A stretch of DNA of 64,000 nt from contig JBBRSB010000002.1 of assembly GCA_038245785.1 (NCBI GenBank), positions 64,001 through 128,000 of the forward strand, given 5' to 3'. Below the pieces are notes generated by a model. That model ran no database searches. It worked only from the letters and a program-made list of their open reading frames with translations, and was not told where the DNA came from. Positions 52,105 through 62,548 of this stretch are shown here, one piece after another (the first letter of the stretch is position 1; every line of letters starts with the position of its first letter). Source of the DNA: Gloeobacterales cyanobacterium. GTDB lineage: Bacteria; Cyanobacteriota; Cyanobacteriia; Gloeobacterales; PMM-0068. The translations under genes were made by a program, and so were the position numbers.

Positions 52105-52932
52105 TTGCAAAAAGACTCCGCCCATACCTCTTTCCCTTCTGGTTTTCCCTCAAGCTTGCCAGCATGGATCTATTACCTCGATCAATGTCCGAGTACAAAC
52201 ACTTGGGCCCTTGCTCATCTGGCAAAGCTTGAACATGGTACTGTCGTGTTTACACAGAATCAAACAGCGGGACGCGGACAACAAGGACGCATCTGGCATG
52301 CACCATTGGGGGTCTTGACCTGCAGTATCGTGTTAGAGAGAATCCCGATTGAACAGTTACCTGGATTAAGTTTAGTTGCGGGCTTAGCGGTGATTTATGC
52401 AGTCGAAGATCTGATCCCTGATATACATAAAAGATTGTGCATAAAATGGCCCAATGACATTCTGGTTGAGGGTCAGAAGCTCGCTGGTATTTTGTGTGAG
52501 AGTGTGGTGAATGGCACTTCAGGCGAAGGAAAGGTTGTTGTAGGAATTGGATTGAACCGCTTGGTTGATTTCACTCAAGTTACTCCGGCGTCCAACCTTA
52601 TCGAGACCGCCATCAGTCTGCATCAAATGGCCCCTTTAGTCCCTGATGAATTTTCATTGCTTCAGCAAATGCGTTACTATCTGTTGCAAACAGCAGGGTT
52701 GCTGTGCTCGTGGGGAAATACGGCCCAGCCCGGCTCAGGGTTGATGGAACTTTTACCGACCTTGCGTCAACGCGATGCCCTTTTGGGACGCTCGATCACA
52801 GTTGAACTTGCGGGTGAGAAAATTTTAGGTGAGGCCGAAGGCTTCAACGATCAAGGCTTTCTGTTGCTGCGCCTGCCCGATGGGAACCAGCGAACACTGA
52901 AATCAGGCCACATACTTTTAAATAATTTGTGA
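52105..52932 (+). CDS. birA: biotin-protein ligase (no N-terminal HTH)
   Basis: STN, QTAGRGQQGRIW, KWPND, KLAGIL.E, GIGLN. Confidence 0.92.
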   Translation: MQKDSAHTSFPSGFPSSLPAWIYYLDQCPSTNTWALAHLAKLEHGTVVFTQNQTAGRGQQGRIWHAPLGVLTCSIVLERIPIEQLPGLSLVAGLAVIYAVEDLIPDIHKRLCIKWPNDILVEGQKLAGILCESVVNGTSGEGKVVVGIGLNRLVDFTQVTPASNLIETAISLHQMAPLVPDEFSLLQQMRYYLLQTAGLLCSWGNTAQPGSGLMELLPTLRQRDALLGRSITVELAGEKILGEAEGFNDQGFLLLRLPDGNQRTLKSGHILLNNL

Positions 52933-53232
52933 TCTTATAGAGTTTTACTTTGAGAAAGGATATCTAGTCTGTGAATCCCGCAAGAGCAAAGGTAATACAT
53001 CTTACCTTTACCTATACTTAATTACTTTTACTTGATAAAAAGATTCATTAGGCTTCCTCTTTCCATTTCACTTCTCGGCGAGTCTAATTTCGTAATTACG
53101 ACAAACTAAACCCCCTGCCTGAAGGGATTTCAGAATGTATCACTTGTGAACATTTTGAAATTTCTTTCAGAGCACCATAACTATCGTCTGCTAAGAAACA
53201 GTTCTCTCCAAAAATATACTTTTGCAAGAATT

Positions 53233-53700
53233 CTAATAGAGAATGGTTGGCTCATTCAGCACAGGAAAAGCCACAGAACTAGTAATGAAGCAGATGTCAT
53301 GAGCTTTATGATGGAGTGATTTCGCTTTTTCCAGATTGCCACCCTCTTCAATCACGACCTTCGGATATAGGGTTACCTCTGTAAATTGGTACTTGCCATT
53401 TTGTTTGGACATTTTGCCAATCGCTTCATCCTTGTAGGAAAGAACGCGAATACCCGAACGGGCGCACAGAGCAAGATAGCTGAGCATATGGCAGGAGGAT
53501 AAAGACATAACCAAAAGATCTTCTGGATTATGCAAAGAGGCATCCCCAAAAAAGTTTGGATCGGCTGAACCTCTGAGATTTTGCTTCCCGTCAATCGTTA
53601 TGCTGTACTCACGAGAATAGGACTCATAGGAAAACTCAGGACTCTTTTCTACCCCTGACCAATCGGTTGTCACTTTATAAATGTGCTCTTGTGTTGCCAT
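53233..53700 (-). CDS. OsmC family protein
   Basis: NPEDLL..SLSSCHMLSY, AH..CFI..S. Confidence 0.9.
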   Translation of the reverse strand: MATQEHIYKVTTDWSGVEKSPEFSYESYSREYSITIDGKQNLRGSADPNFFGDASLHNPEDLLVMSLSSCHMLSYLALCARSGIRVLSYKDEAIGKMSKQNGKYQFTEVTLYPKVVIEEGGNLEKAKSLHHKAHDICFITSSVAFPVLNEPTILY

Positions 53701-53794
53701 TACTCTCCCCTGAATTTGTTAACAACATTCTTAATTTCACTCATTTTTGGCTTTCAGACAAATTCATCTTTCCAGGTGCAGGGAACCGATTCGT

Positions 53795-53940
53795 CGCCCC
53801 CGTTCGGCTGACGCTCAGAGAAGCCTAAATCCCCCATAGCGTGAGCTGCTACGCACGGCCTCCGGCCTACTCGGAGAGTATTTTGGGGGACTTTGAGGTT
53901 AGAAATCCCCTTGGCTTGGTTGGGGGGACAGGGGGGCGCC
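53795..53940 (-). repeat. REP/SDR-like element, family A, with nested inserts
   Basis: Same scaffold and inserts as 43973 plus an extra 21-nt unit inside insert 1. Confidence 0.85.
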
Positions 53941-54756
53941 CTACCACGGATCAATCCCTAAGAGCTTTCGGCCTAAGACATCTAATTCTGCAGGCTTACC
54001 AGGTTCAGGCTCAATCTGATAGCGCCAACCTCGCCAATGTTTCGGGACTCTGCGCTCTTGCCATAGCTTCACTCTTGCTTGTCGTTCCTTCTCACTGCCT
54101 TCCGGATGCATCGCAATATATTGCACAAAGCGCGGTCGGTCCGTGTGGTTGAGCCCACTTCGATGGAGCAGTAGTGAATTCCAAAGAACCAGCGTTCCGG
54201 CTCGTCCGTCAATACCTAAAATATTTTTTTGATCGGCTTTCGGTTTTAAAGAATGGACTTTTTTGCGGTCTTGAAGCAACTGCGCGAGGAAACGGTAGGC
54301 AGAAGGTACACATTCAAAGGCTCCTTGATTGGCATCCGTATCCGTTAAATAGAGAACCCCCTGAATGCTGAGGTTCTGGGCTTTCCTGGGGTCCACATCC
54401 CAATGCAACAAGCTATCGTCTCGTCTTTGAAAAAGCTGGGAACGAGAGGGAGGCTTGAAGGAAGCACGGTCCATAGTTACCCAAAGCTTCTCCGTGCAAT
54501 AGAGTTCGGCAAAGATTTGGTGAACTTTTGGGTACTGGCGATTGTTCCAAAAGGTCTGAGGATGGTGGATAGGCACAATGCCATTACTGCCTAGCTTCTT
54601 GCGATACCAAGATTCTGGATTGTCCTGATCGATGCCAAGAAATTCACAGATGGTTGTAATTGCCGCTTGGAGATTTTTTAGAGGAAGGACATCTGGCACG
54701 GTGAGATAGCCATGCTCGGCAAAAAATGCATGATCCGCTTCAGAAAGGATGGTCAT
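53941..54756 (-). CDS. phytanoyl-CoA dioxygenase (PhyH)-family 2OG-Fe(II) oxygenase
   Basis: F.EHGY, HWD, QGVLYLTD, LLH..G.N..DRPR. Confidence 0.88.
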   Translation of the reverse strand: MTILSEADHAFFAEHGYLTVPDVLPLKNLQAAITTICEFLGIDQDNPESWYRKKLGSNGIVPIHHPQTFWNNRQYPKVHQIFAELYCTEKLWVTMDRASFKPPSRSQLFQRRDDSLLHWDVDPRKAQNLSIQGVLYLTDTDANQGAFECVPSAYRFLAQLLQDRKKVHSLKPKADQKNILGIDGRAGTLVLWNSLLLHRSGLNHTDRPRFVQYIAMHPEGSEKERQARVKLWQERRVPKHWRGWRYQIEPEPGKPAELDVLGRKLLGIDPW

Positions 54757-54765
54757 AGCGCCGTC

Positions 54766-55614
54766 TCACCCCCAGAGAATCTGTGCATGGTGCCGCAGAT
54801 GGTCCTCGATAAAAGTGGAAATAAAATAATACCCATGGTCATAGCCTTCTTGGCGGCGCAAGGTGAGAGGTTGACCCACTTGAGCACAGGCTTTCTCAAA
54901 CACTTCAGGCATCAATTGCGTTTCCAGAAAAGAGTCAGCCGTTCCCTGGTCAATCAGAATCGGCTGGGCGAAGGGAGATTTTAGAATAAGCTCACTTGCA
55001 TCATAGGTTCGCCAGCTTTCTCGATCCGGTCCAAGATAGTAGCTAAAGGCTTTTTGCCCCCAAGGACAACGCATTGGGGCCACAATCGGGGAAAAAGCAG
55101 AAACGGAAGCGTATAGTTTAGGATTTCTCAGCGCACAAACCAAGGCTCCATGTCCACCCATAGAATGGCCAAAGATTCCTTGACGTCCTTGTTTGACGGG
55201 GAAATGCTCGGCAATAAGAGCAGGTAATTCGCGGGTGACATAGCTATACATCCGGTAGTGGGCTTGCCAGGGTTCTTCGGTCGCATCTACATAAAAGCCT
55301 GCGCCCGTCCCAAAATCCCAGTCGGTATCTTCGCCTGGAGTTCCCGTATTTCGGGGGCTCGTATCCGGGGCTACGAGCATGAGTCCATACTTAGCGGCAA
55401 ACTGCTGTGCACCTGCTTTAGCGATGAAATTCTCTTCCGTAGAAGTCAGTCCAGACAAGAAATAGAGCACGGGTACAGACTCTGTTTTTGCCTGAGGCGG
55501 TTCGTACACGGCAAACTTCATTTCGCCGTTACAGGTGAAAGACGGATGGCGGTAGAATCCAACCGTGCCGCTAAAGCAAGCATGCTTACTTACAACAAGA
55601 TGAAGTCTAGACAT
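54766..55614 (-). CDS. fghA: S-formylglutathione hydrolase
   Basis: PDTSPR, DFG.GAGFY, GHSMGG, GYDHGYYF. Confidence 0.95.
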   Translation of the reverse strand: MSRLHLVVSKHACFSGTVGFYRHPSFTCNGEMKFAVYEPPQAKTESVPVLYFLSGLTSTEENFIAKAGAQQFAAKYGLMLVAPDTSPRNTGTPGEDTDWDFGTGAGFYVDATEEPWQAHYRMYSYVTRELPALIAEHFPVKQGRQGIFGHSMGGHGALVCALRNPKLYASVSAFSPIVAPMRCPWGQKAFSYYLGPDRESWRTYDASELILKSPFAQPILIDQGTADSFLETQLMPEVFEKACAQVGQPLTLRRQEGYDHGYYFISTFIEDHLRHHAQILWG

Positions 55615-55618
55615 AGAT

Positions 55619-56728
55619 TTAAAACGTCACTACAGTACGAATTCCTTCCCCTCGGTGCATTAGATCAAATGCTTCATTGATCCGCTCCACGGGCATCACT
55701 TGGGTGATCAAATCATCGATATTGATCTTGCCTTCCATGTACCAGTCTACAATTTTGGGCACGGCTGTCCGACCTTTCACTCCGCCGAAAGCTGTTCCTT
55801 TCCAAACTCGACCCGTTACCAGTTGAAAGGGACGGGTACTGATTTCCTGACCGGCCCCCGCTACACCCACAATCACACTTACGCCCCAGCCCTTGTGGCA
55901 GCACTCTAAAGCCTGACGCATCACCTTAATATTGCCAATGCATTCAAAACTGTAATCCGCTCCACCCTTCGTCAGTTCTACCAGGTGAGCAACTAAATCT
56001 CCCTCTACTTCTTTGGGATTCACAAAATGGGTCATCCCTAGTTTTTCAGCCAGGACCTGTTTTTTCGGATTCAGGTCCACCCCGACGATCATGTCGGCCC
56101 CAACCATCCGTGCCCCCTGGATCACATTCAAGCCGATCCCACCCAAGCCGAAGACCACCACATTCGCCCCTGGTTCTACTTTGGCGGTATTGATCACTGC
56201 TCCAATTCCAGTGGTAACCCCGCATCCGATATAGCAGACTTTCTCAAAAGGGGCATCTTCCCGAATTTTCGCCAGGGCAATCTCTGGTAGTACGGTGTAG
56301 TTCGCAAAGGTGGAAGTACCCATATAGTGATGAATCTTTTTGCCGTCCAAGGAAAAGCGACTCGTTCCATCGGGCATCACGCCCTTGCCCTGGGTAATCC
56401 GAATCGCCTGACAGAGATTGGTCTTACCACTGAGGCAATAGTCACAGTTTCGGCACTCTGGAGTGTAGAGCGGAATTACATGATCTCCTGGCTTGAGGGA
56501 TTTCACTCCTGGCCCCACTTCCACCACCACGCCAGCCCCTTCATGCCCAAGGATGGCTGGGAATAAACCTTCAGGGTCATCCCCAGAAAGTGTAAAAGCA
56601 TCGGTGTGGCATATGCCTGTGGCTTTAATTTCCACCAGTACTTCCCCTTCTTTGGGGCCTTCCAGCTGCACTGTTTCGATACTCAGGGGTTTCCCTGCTT
56701 CAAAGGCAACGGCTGCTTTCACGTCCAT
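55619..56728 (-). CDS. frmA: S-(hydroxymethyl)glutathione dehydrogenase / class III ADH
   Basis: [29 protein letters not shown]. Confidence 0.96.
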   Translation of the reverse strand: MDVKAAVAFEAGKPLSIETVQLEGPKEGEVLVEIKATGICHTDAFTLSGDDPEGLFPAILGHEGAGVVVEVGPGVKSLKPGDHVIPLYTPECRNCDYCLSGKTNLCQAIRITQGKGVMPDGTSRFSLDGKKIHHYMGTSTFANYTVLPEIALAKIREDAPFEKVCYIGCGVTTGIGAVINTAKVEPGANVVVFGLGGIGLNVIQGARMVGADMIVGVDLNPKKQVLAEKLGMTHFVNPKEVEGDLVAHLVELTKGGADYSFECIGNIKVMRQALECCHKGWGVSVIVGVAGAGQEISTRPFQLVTGRVWKGTAFGGVKGRTAVPKIVDWYMEGKINIDDLITQVMPVERINEAFDLMHRGEGIRTVVTF

Positions 56729-56797
56729 GCTGCTACTCCTGTGGTCTGCAACGACTATGCCCGATTATCTACGGTTTTAAGTATCGCTTAGCCAAAT

Positions 56798-56818
56798 AAA
56801 AAGGGGGCATGACCCCCT
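56798..56818 (-). terminator. intrinsic terminator after petF
   Basis: minus strand AGGGGGTCATGCCCCCTTTTT. Confidence 0.7.
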
Positions 56819-56846
56819 CAAACCCTTTGTCTAACTAAACACAGGC

Positions 56847-57137
56847 TTAGTAGATTTCTTCTTCCTTATGGGTTTCGATGACGCAATCACCTGTGGGATA
56901 GGCCACACAGGTCAGAATGTAACCAGCAGCAATCTGGTCATCGTCAAGGAAGGATTGGTCAGACTGGTCAGGGGCAGCCCCGCTTACCAGCTTGCCAGCG
57001 CAGGTAGAACAAGCACCCGCGCGACATGAGAAGGGCAGGTCAATACCGGCTTCCTCTGCGGCATCAAGGATGTACTTATCAGAGGCACACTCGATGACTT
57101 TTTCGCCAGAAGGGGTTTTTAGCGTAACTTTTGCCAT
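56847..57137 (-). CDS. petF: plant-type 2Fe-2S ferredoxin
   Basis: [31 protein letters not shown]. Confidence 0.96.
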   Translation of the reverse strand: MAKVTLKTPSGEKVIECASDKYILDAAEEAGIDLPFSCRAGACSTCAGKLVSGAAPDQSDQSFLDDDQIAAGYILTCVAYPTGDCVIETHKEEEIY

Positions 57138-57236
57138 GCTGTTCGATTCTCCCGATTGGATAGTTAAGAAGTAGGGCTTTCACAAAGACTCAGCTTATAT
57201 CAAAAAGCTCCCCGATGGCAGCTCTCCAAAGCATAA

Positions 57237-58097
57237 CTATGAAGACTTTGTTAAGCGGTCCAAGCCGAACAAATTTCTGAAAATCCCGTCTGTTATCGAT
57301 TTAGGCGTGAGCTTAAGAGCACTAGCCAAAAAAGAACCCCCCGAAAAAGCTTGATAGCGGTCACTGCAGTTTTCGTCACTCAGCGCTTTCAGAATATACT
57401 GCGCAACCCTTTCTGGCTCCCAGGCTTCACGTATAAAGCTATCCATTTGCGCTTGGGTTTTCAGGGAAGCTTCTTTATAAGGGCCTTCCAAATAGGGCAT
57501 CGACTGGTCGCGCGCTACATCAAAAAATTCTGTTTTTACAGGCCCTGGCTCCACCAAAGAGACTTGTATGCCAAAAGGAGCGAGTTCCATACGCAGGCTA
57601 TCGCTCAGTCCCTCCAAAGCGAATTTACTGGCATGGTAGAGGCCGCTGAAGGGCAAAGAAACCAAACCAGACAGGGAACTGATATTCACGATTCTGCCCT
57701 TGCCCTGAGCCCGCATCGTGGGAATCACTTTCTGGGTAAGCAGCAGCAGCCCAATCACATTTACTTCAAATTGACGGCGGATATCCTCTTCCGTAAGCAT
57801 TTCCAGAGGACCATATTGCCCATAGCCTGCGTTGTTGACCAAAGCATCAATTCGCCCATAGTGATCTAGCGTTTTGGTAACCAGGTTTTCCAGGTCTGCC
57901 CCTTGGGTCATATCGGTGGGAACTACAAGGCTTTGTGTCTTAAGTCCAATTGCTAACTGTTCAAGCTTGTCCACACTCCGCGCTGCCAGCACCAACTTGG
58001 CTCCTTGCGTCGCTAAAAGTTTAGCCGTAGCTGCTCCAATACCTAGAGAAGCACCTGTGATGATGATGACTTGGCCTGCGATCTTGTTTTGACTCAT
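57237..58097 (-). CDS. short-chain dehydrogenase/reductase
   Basis: TGASLGIG, NNAG, YHASK (YxxxK). Confidence 0.93.
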   Translation of the reverse strand: MSQNKIAGQVIIITGASLGIGAATAKLLATQGAKLVLAARSVDKLEQLAIGLKTQSLVVPTDMTQGADLENLVTKTLDHYGRIDALVNNAGYGQYGPLEMLTEEDIRRQFEVNVIGLLLLTQKVIPTMRAQGKGRIVNISSLSGLVSLPFSGLYHASKFALEGLSDSLRMELAPFGIQVSLVEPGPVKTEFFDVARDQSMPYLEGPYKEASLKTQAQMDSFIREAWEPERVAQYILKALSDENCSDRYQAFSGGSFLASALKLTPKSITDGIFRNLFGLDRLTKSS

Positions 58098-58131
58098 AAG
58101 CTCTTATTGGGATTGCATCTTATAACTAAGT

Positions 58132-59496
58132 CTAACTAGGTGAGCGTGCAGTGAATTGAGCAGCTACTTTCTGGAGTACAAGCTCCAGACGAACCCCGCG
58201 TGATGCTTTAAAGAGTACCCGGTCTCCTGGCTCTAAATATGCTTGCAGGGTATCAGCCAAAGATTGGTGGTCGGGATGAATGCTGGATTTTGTGCCGATG
58301 GCTCCTTTTTGGATAGCTTCTCCGTCAGCACCACAATCGAGAATAAACAGACGGTCTAGCCCCAAGGCTTTTACATGTTCTCCAACCTGCTGATGGTAGT
58401 CCTGAGACTGTTCCCCCAATTCTTTCATTTGGCCTAAAACCGCTATATGCCGTTTGCCAGGCGTTTGCGCCAAGACGTCTAAGACTGCTTTCGTCGCTTC
58501 TGGACCTGCATTATAGGTTTCATCCAGAAAAACTAAGGGATCGCTTTCGTCCTCAGGATGCAGAAATTCCAATTTTTTACTGCGGCCACCAGGCAACGTG
58601 AGCCCCTCTAGTCGTGCAGGCAAACTTGCCAAATCAAGTCCTAAACCTCTATGGGCCACGGCCAAAGCTCCCAAAAGATTCATCGCCTGATGCCGTCCAG
58701 CAAAGGGTAGCGGAAAAGGCGTCCCCTCAACCCAGAGCGCGTCATTACGGAGTTCCCCCTGAAATTCCCCAGCGTCTAAGCCATAGGTCAGCCATGGACG
58801 TCCGTCTAAAACTTTTTGAGCCGTTTGTAGCAAGAGCGGCTGTTCTCCATTCAAGACGGCTAAACCATCAGCCGGCAACGTTTCTAAGAGTTCGCATTTA
58901 GCTTTGGCAATATTTTCCAAAGAACCCAAACGTTCCAGATGGGCGGATCCCACAGCGGTAATCAAACCAATGGTCGGTCGGGCAATCATCCCTAGGGTAT
59001 GAATCTCTCCTAAAGCGCGCATGCCCATTTCAATAACGGCGTAGGAGTGGCTAGCCTCCAACCCGAGCAGCGTTTTGGGGACGCCAATTTCGTTATTTTC
59101 ATTGGCCAAAGACTTGAGCGTGGCAGGACCTAAAAGGGCGGTCAGTAACTCTTTGGTGGAGGTCTTACCGACAGAACCCGTAATCCCAATCACGGGAATC
59201 GCAGATTGCTCACGCCACCATCGAGCAATCTGTTGGTACACCAAAAGAGTATCTTTCACCAAAATATGAGGCTCGTTCACGGGGACTTGGCTAACCACTC
59301 CCACAGCACCTTGAGCCATGGCCTGTGGGATAAACTGATGCCCATCGAACTTTTCACCCACCAGCGGAATAAACAGTTCTCCAGGAACAATGCCTCGTGA
59401 ATCTGTACGCACGGCGAACTTACTGCTCGACCAATTTCCTTGCAGAGTAGAACCTGTGAGGGCAGCCAGGTCCTCAACAGTTAGTAAGCACCCCAT
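58132..59496 (-). CDS. murF: UDP-MurNAc-tripeptide:D-Ala-D-Ala ligase
   Basis: TDSR, FDGH, ITGSVGKTSTKE, NNEIGVP, EMGM, YNA.P, KASRG. Confidence 0.94.
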   Translation of the reverse strand: MGCLLTVEDLAALTGSTLQGNWSSSKFAVRTDSRGIVPGELFIPLVGEKFDGHQFIPQAMAQGAVGVVSQVPVNEPHILVKDTLLVYQQIARWWREQSAIPVIGITGSVGKTSTKELLTALLGPATLKSLANENNEIGVPKTLLGLEASHSYAVIEMGMRALGEIHTLGMIARPTIGLITAVGSAHLERLGSLENIAKAKCELLETLPADGLAVLNGEQPLLLQTAQKVLDGRPWLTYGLDAGEFQGELRNDALWVEGTPFPLPFAGRHQAMNLLGALAVAHRGLGLDLASLPARLEGLTLPGGRSKKLEFLHPEDESDPLVFLDETYNAGPEATKAVLDVLAQTPGKRHIAVLGQMKELGEQSQDYHQQVGEHVKALGLDRLFILDCGADGEAIQKGAIGTKSSIHPDHQSLADTLQAYLEPGDRVLFKASRGVRLELVLQKVAAQFTARSPS

Positions 59497-59775
59497 GTGA
59501 TCGCCATCTAATTTGCCCAAATATCCTACACAGTTTTGCTCCGCTCTGACCGCCAGCAGACCGTTCAAAGCAATGAGCGTTACAGAAAGAGATAGAGAAG
59601 AAGCGGACTTCCTATCCACTTCTATAAATCGATACAATCAGGACAAAAGCTTCTCTTGGAGCGGACTTTCAATATTTTCACCCTCTGTAGAAACCTTAAA
59701 TCAGGCTTATATTGACCTGAGGGGGAGAACCTCTGCACGTACTATCAGATAATAGAAGACGTCTGTCCGTAACGC

Positions 59776-61803
59776 TTGAGCACAGGCTATTTCCCCGGAG
59801 AAACACGAACGGTGGCAAGGCTGAAAGCAAAGACCTCTCTTTTAGAAGACTTCTTGGTGGCAGAACCCAGCCTGCGTCCCCAGATTTACTTCAAGAACTC
59901 CTTAACGGCGCTTTCCCATGCGATGGAAGACCAAATCCTCGCGGTGGACAATCGCGATGACCCTCCTTTGGTGATTGCCAACTTCCAAAAAGAACGTTTT
60001 TATCGGATGGAAGCCCGTCGCTATGAGCGCATCAGCTCCCAGGCAGACCAAGTATTTATCCTGGCAGCTCCAGAAACTGAATTTTTTGGACAGGATACAG
60101 ACTGCCACTTGGTCGCTTTAGACCCGAAGGACCCCTTGGCGCAGGAATGGCATCTGATTATCCTTTGTCGTCGCTATGCGGCAGTCCTGGTTTGCCGGGA
60201 AGAGCCTGGTTCGGAAGTTCTCACTGACTATAATGGCCAGGACGTATTACCTACCCTGGATCCAGCCCGTCGTTTCCGGGGCGTTTGGTCTTTCGACCGT
60301 CAGATGACTTGGCGAGCAGCATCTTTGATTTTGCCCAAAATCTCAGTTTATCGACCCGATTGTGCTGAAATTTTGAAAAATCATCCCATGCTCTTGCTTA
60401 CACCTGGTGGCCCGGCTCTGATCGACCCCACGGTTTATACCGAGCGACTTTTTAACTACTTGCAGGCAGGCCAGTACAAACTGGTCAAAACGATCAAGGT
60501 CATTCAAGGGCAAGAACGTAAAGAACGGTTGGTCAATCGGATCACAGGCATTGTCCGCAGTTCTCTTGACCCGCAGGTGGTCCTCCAGATGGCAGTTCAA
60601 GAATTGGGAGAAGCCCTGCATGCTTCCCGCTGTCTTCTCTATCGACCTACTGGAGATGGGCACTATCAGATTCGTCAAGAATTTCGAGCACCGGATGTAG
60701 ACAGTCTTGTGGATCATGAGGATGAGCTTTCCCATAAAGCCTTGATTGAACTAGCGGTGCAGCGCAATCAAGTGATCACCCTGGGTATTGATGACTCAGG
60801 ACGCAGCAATTATCCACCCGAAATTTCCGGAGTTCTAAGCGCAGAAATCTCGATCAAAAAAGAAATGCAAGCTCAGGGGATTCAGTCTTGGCTTGTCGCT
60901 CCCGTCATTTTTCAGGAGCAAACCCTTGGGGCCTTGAGTCTACAGCAGACCGATGGCGAAGGCAGGGTCTGGACTCTGGCCGAAATAGAGCTAGTCAGTG
61001 CCGTTGCAGACCAACTGGGCGTTGCTCTAATCCAAGCGGAAGCCTATCGCAGCCTTCAACAGCTCAACCAGCAGCTCAAGAGTTTAGACAAAGCCCGCTC
61101 AGATCTGATTACGGTTACTACCCACGAATTGCGGACCCCTCTGACGACCCTAAGGGTATGTTTAGAGACCCTCCAAGAACATCCTGAAATGGAGCCTGTC
61201 TTACGGCAGCAATTTTTGGATGGGGCACTCCAAGATTCCGAACGACTGAGAGATTTGGTGGAAGATTTTCTGATCCTATCTCGCTTGGAAGCAGGCCGAG
61301 TGCGTTGGCAAATGGAGAAAACGGACCTCGCGGAATGTTTTAGCATTGCAATAAGCAGTATGCGCCGCAAAGAAGTCAGCATGGACCTCAAACTGGACCT
61401 TGCCTCTGATTTGCCCACTGTTTGGACCGACCGGGAGCGGCTCACAGAAGTCTTAATCAAGCTTCTAGACAATGCTGTAAAGTTTTCCAATCCACCCCAT
61501 ACCATTGAAGTCTCTGCTAAGAGCATAGAAAATGCCGTAGAAGTCTGTGTCCGTGATTATGGCCGAGGTATCGAAGCGGACCGCCTTGCGATCATTTTTG
61601 ATGCCTTCACGCAAGCAGAAGCCGTGATGACTCGGACTACCGCTGGCTGCGGTTTAGGCTTAACCATCTGTCACCAAATCATTACCCAGCAGGGGGGACA
61701 GATTTGGGCGGAATCAGAAGGTCTAGGTAAAGGCAGCCGTTTTTATATTGTGCTGCCTACTGCAGAGACGGATTTCCAAGAACAGGCCATGGCGAAATCC
61801 TGA
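59776..61803 (+). CDS. DICT-GAF-HisKA-HATPase sensor histidine kinase
   Basis: YFKNSLTALSHAMED and FQKERFY (DICT), GAF, THELRTPL, LLDNAVKF, D.G.GI, GLGL; start may be GTG ~59812. Confidence 0.9.
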   Translation: MSTGYFPGETRTVARLKAKTSLLEDFLVAEPSLRPQIYFKNSLTALSHAMEDQILAVDNRDDPPLVIANFQKERFYRMEARRYERISSQADQVFILAAPETEFFGQDTDCHLVALDPKDPLAQEWHLIILCRRYAAVLVCREEPGSEVLTDYNGQDVLPTLDPARRFRGVWSFDRQMTWRAASLILPKISVYRPDCAEILKNHPMLLLTPGGPALIDPTVYTERLFNYLQAGQYKLVKTIKVIQGQERKERLVNRITGIVRSSLDPQVVLQMAVQELGEALHASRCLLYRPTGDGHYQIRQEFRAPDVDSLVDHEDELSHKALIELAVQRNQVITLGIDDSGRSNYPPEISGVLSAEISIKKEMQAQGIQSWLVAPVIFQEQTLGALSLQQTDGEGRVWTLAEIELVSAVADQLGVALIQAEAYRSLQQLNQQLKSLDKARSDLITVTTHELRTPLTTLRVCLETLQEHPEMEPVLRQQFLDGALQDSERLRDLVEDFLILSRLEAGRVRWQMEKTDLAECFSIAISSMRRKEVSMDLKLDLASDLPTVWTDRERLTEVLIKLLDNAVKFSNPPHTIEVSAKSIENAVEVCVRDYGRGIEADRLAIIFDAFTQAEAVMTRTTAGCGLGLTICHQIITQQGGQIWAESEGLGKGSRFYIVLPTAETDFQEQAMAKS

Positions 61804-62264
61804 TGTCATCGTCAATGTGGGAATTTTGGATGGACGAAGCACTCCATCAAGCCCAAGCATCCTCTCTACAGGGGGATGTGCCTGTAGGTGCTGTGCTCGT
61901 GGATGCCACAGGAACGTTACTCGCGGCTGGGGGAAACCGTAGAGAGCAAGACCATGACCCTTCAGCCCATGCTGAAATTGTGGTTTTGCGGGCTGCCGGT
62001 CAAAAGCTACAGCGATGGCGATTTCCAGATGCCACGCTGATCGTGACCTTAGAACCCTGTGCCATGTGTGCTGGAGCAATTCTGCAAGCCAGGGTCAAAC
62101 GCCTAGTCTATGGGGCCGATGATCCGAAGGCCGGAGCTATAAGAACCGTAGCCAATCTCCCTGATAGCCCCCTCTCCTTTCATTATCTAGAAGTTTTAGC
62201 AGGAATTCGAGAATCAGCCTGTCGGGAGTTGCTACAGGATTGGTTTAAAAACAACGTCCGCTGA
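61803..62264 (+). CDS. tadA: tRNA adenosine(34) deaminase
   Basis: VPVGA, HAE, TLEPCAMC, YGADDPKAGA. Confidence 0.92.
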   Translation: MSSSMWEFWMDEALHQAQASSLQGDVPVGAVLVDATGTLLAAGGNRREQDHDPSAHAEIVVLRAAGQKLQRWRFPDATLIVTLEPCAMCAGAILQARVKRLVYGADDPKAGAIRTVANLPDSPLSFHYLEVLAGIRESACRELLQDWFKNNVR

Positions 62265-62548
62265 TCTTCAATAGCACAAAAGAGATGCAGCAGAACTGCA
62301 ATAGATACAGTTTTTGGAAGTCATGCTCTAATATTTAATCGGTTTTATCGCAACTATTTGGACTAGACTTTTCTGATTTCGGGAATTATAAATAAACCCT
62401 TAAAATTTATCATTGCTAACTGTCATTAAGTGTCACAAGCAACTTTATCAAAGGTTAACAAAAAACTTATTTCAGGTTTAACACTTCTTCACATTACCTA
62501 TAAACTGCTGGGCACTCTCCCCATACGTACTTTTTACGGATAGGGAAA

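Noticed and set aside
52988..53009. AAAGGTAA-tacatc-TTACCTTT palindrome containing GTA-N8-TAC
   Set aside because: It lies between convergent gene ends with no supported gene start nearby, so it could be a simple hairpin.
18297..53940. Family A repeats as a CRISPR array
   Set aside because: Copies are dispersed, with no repeat-spacer periodicity and no cas genes.
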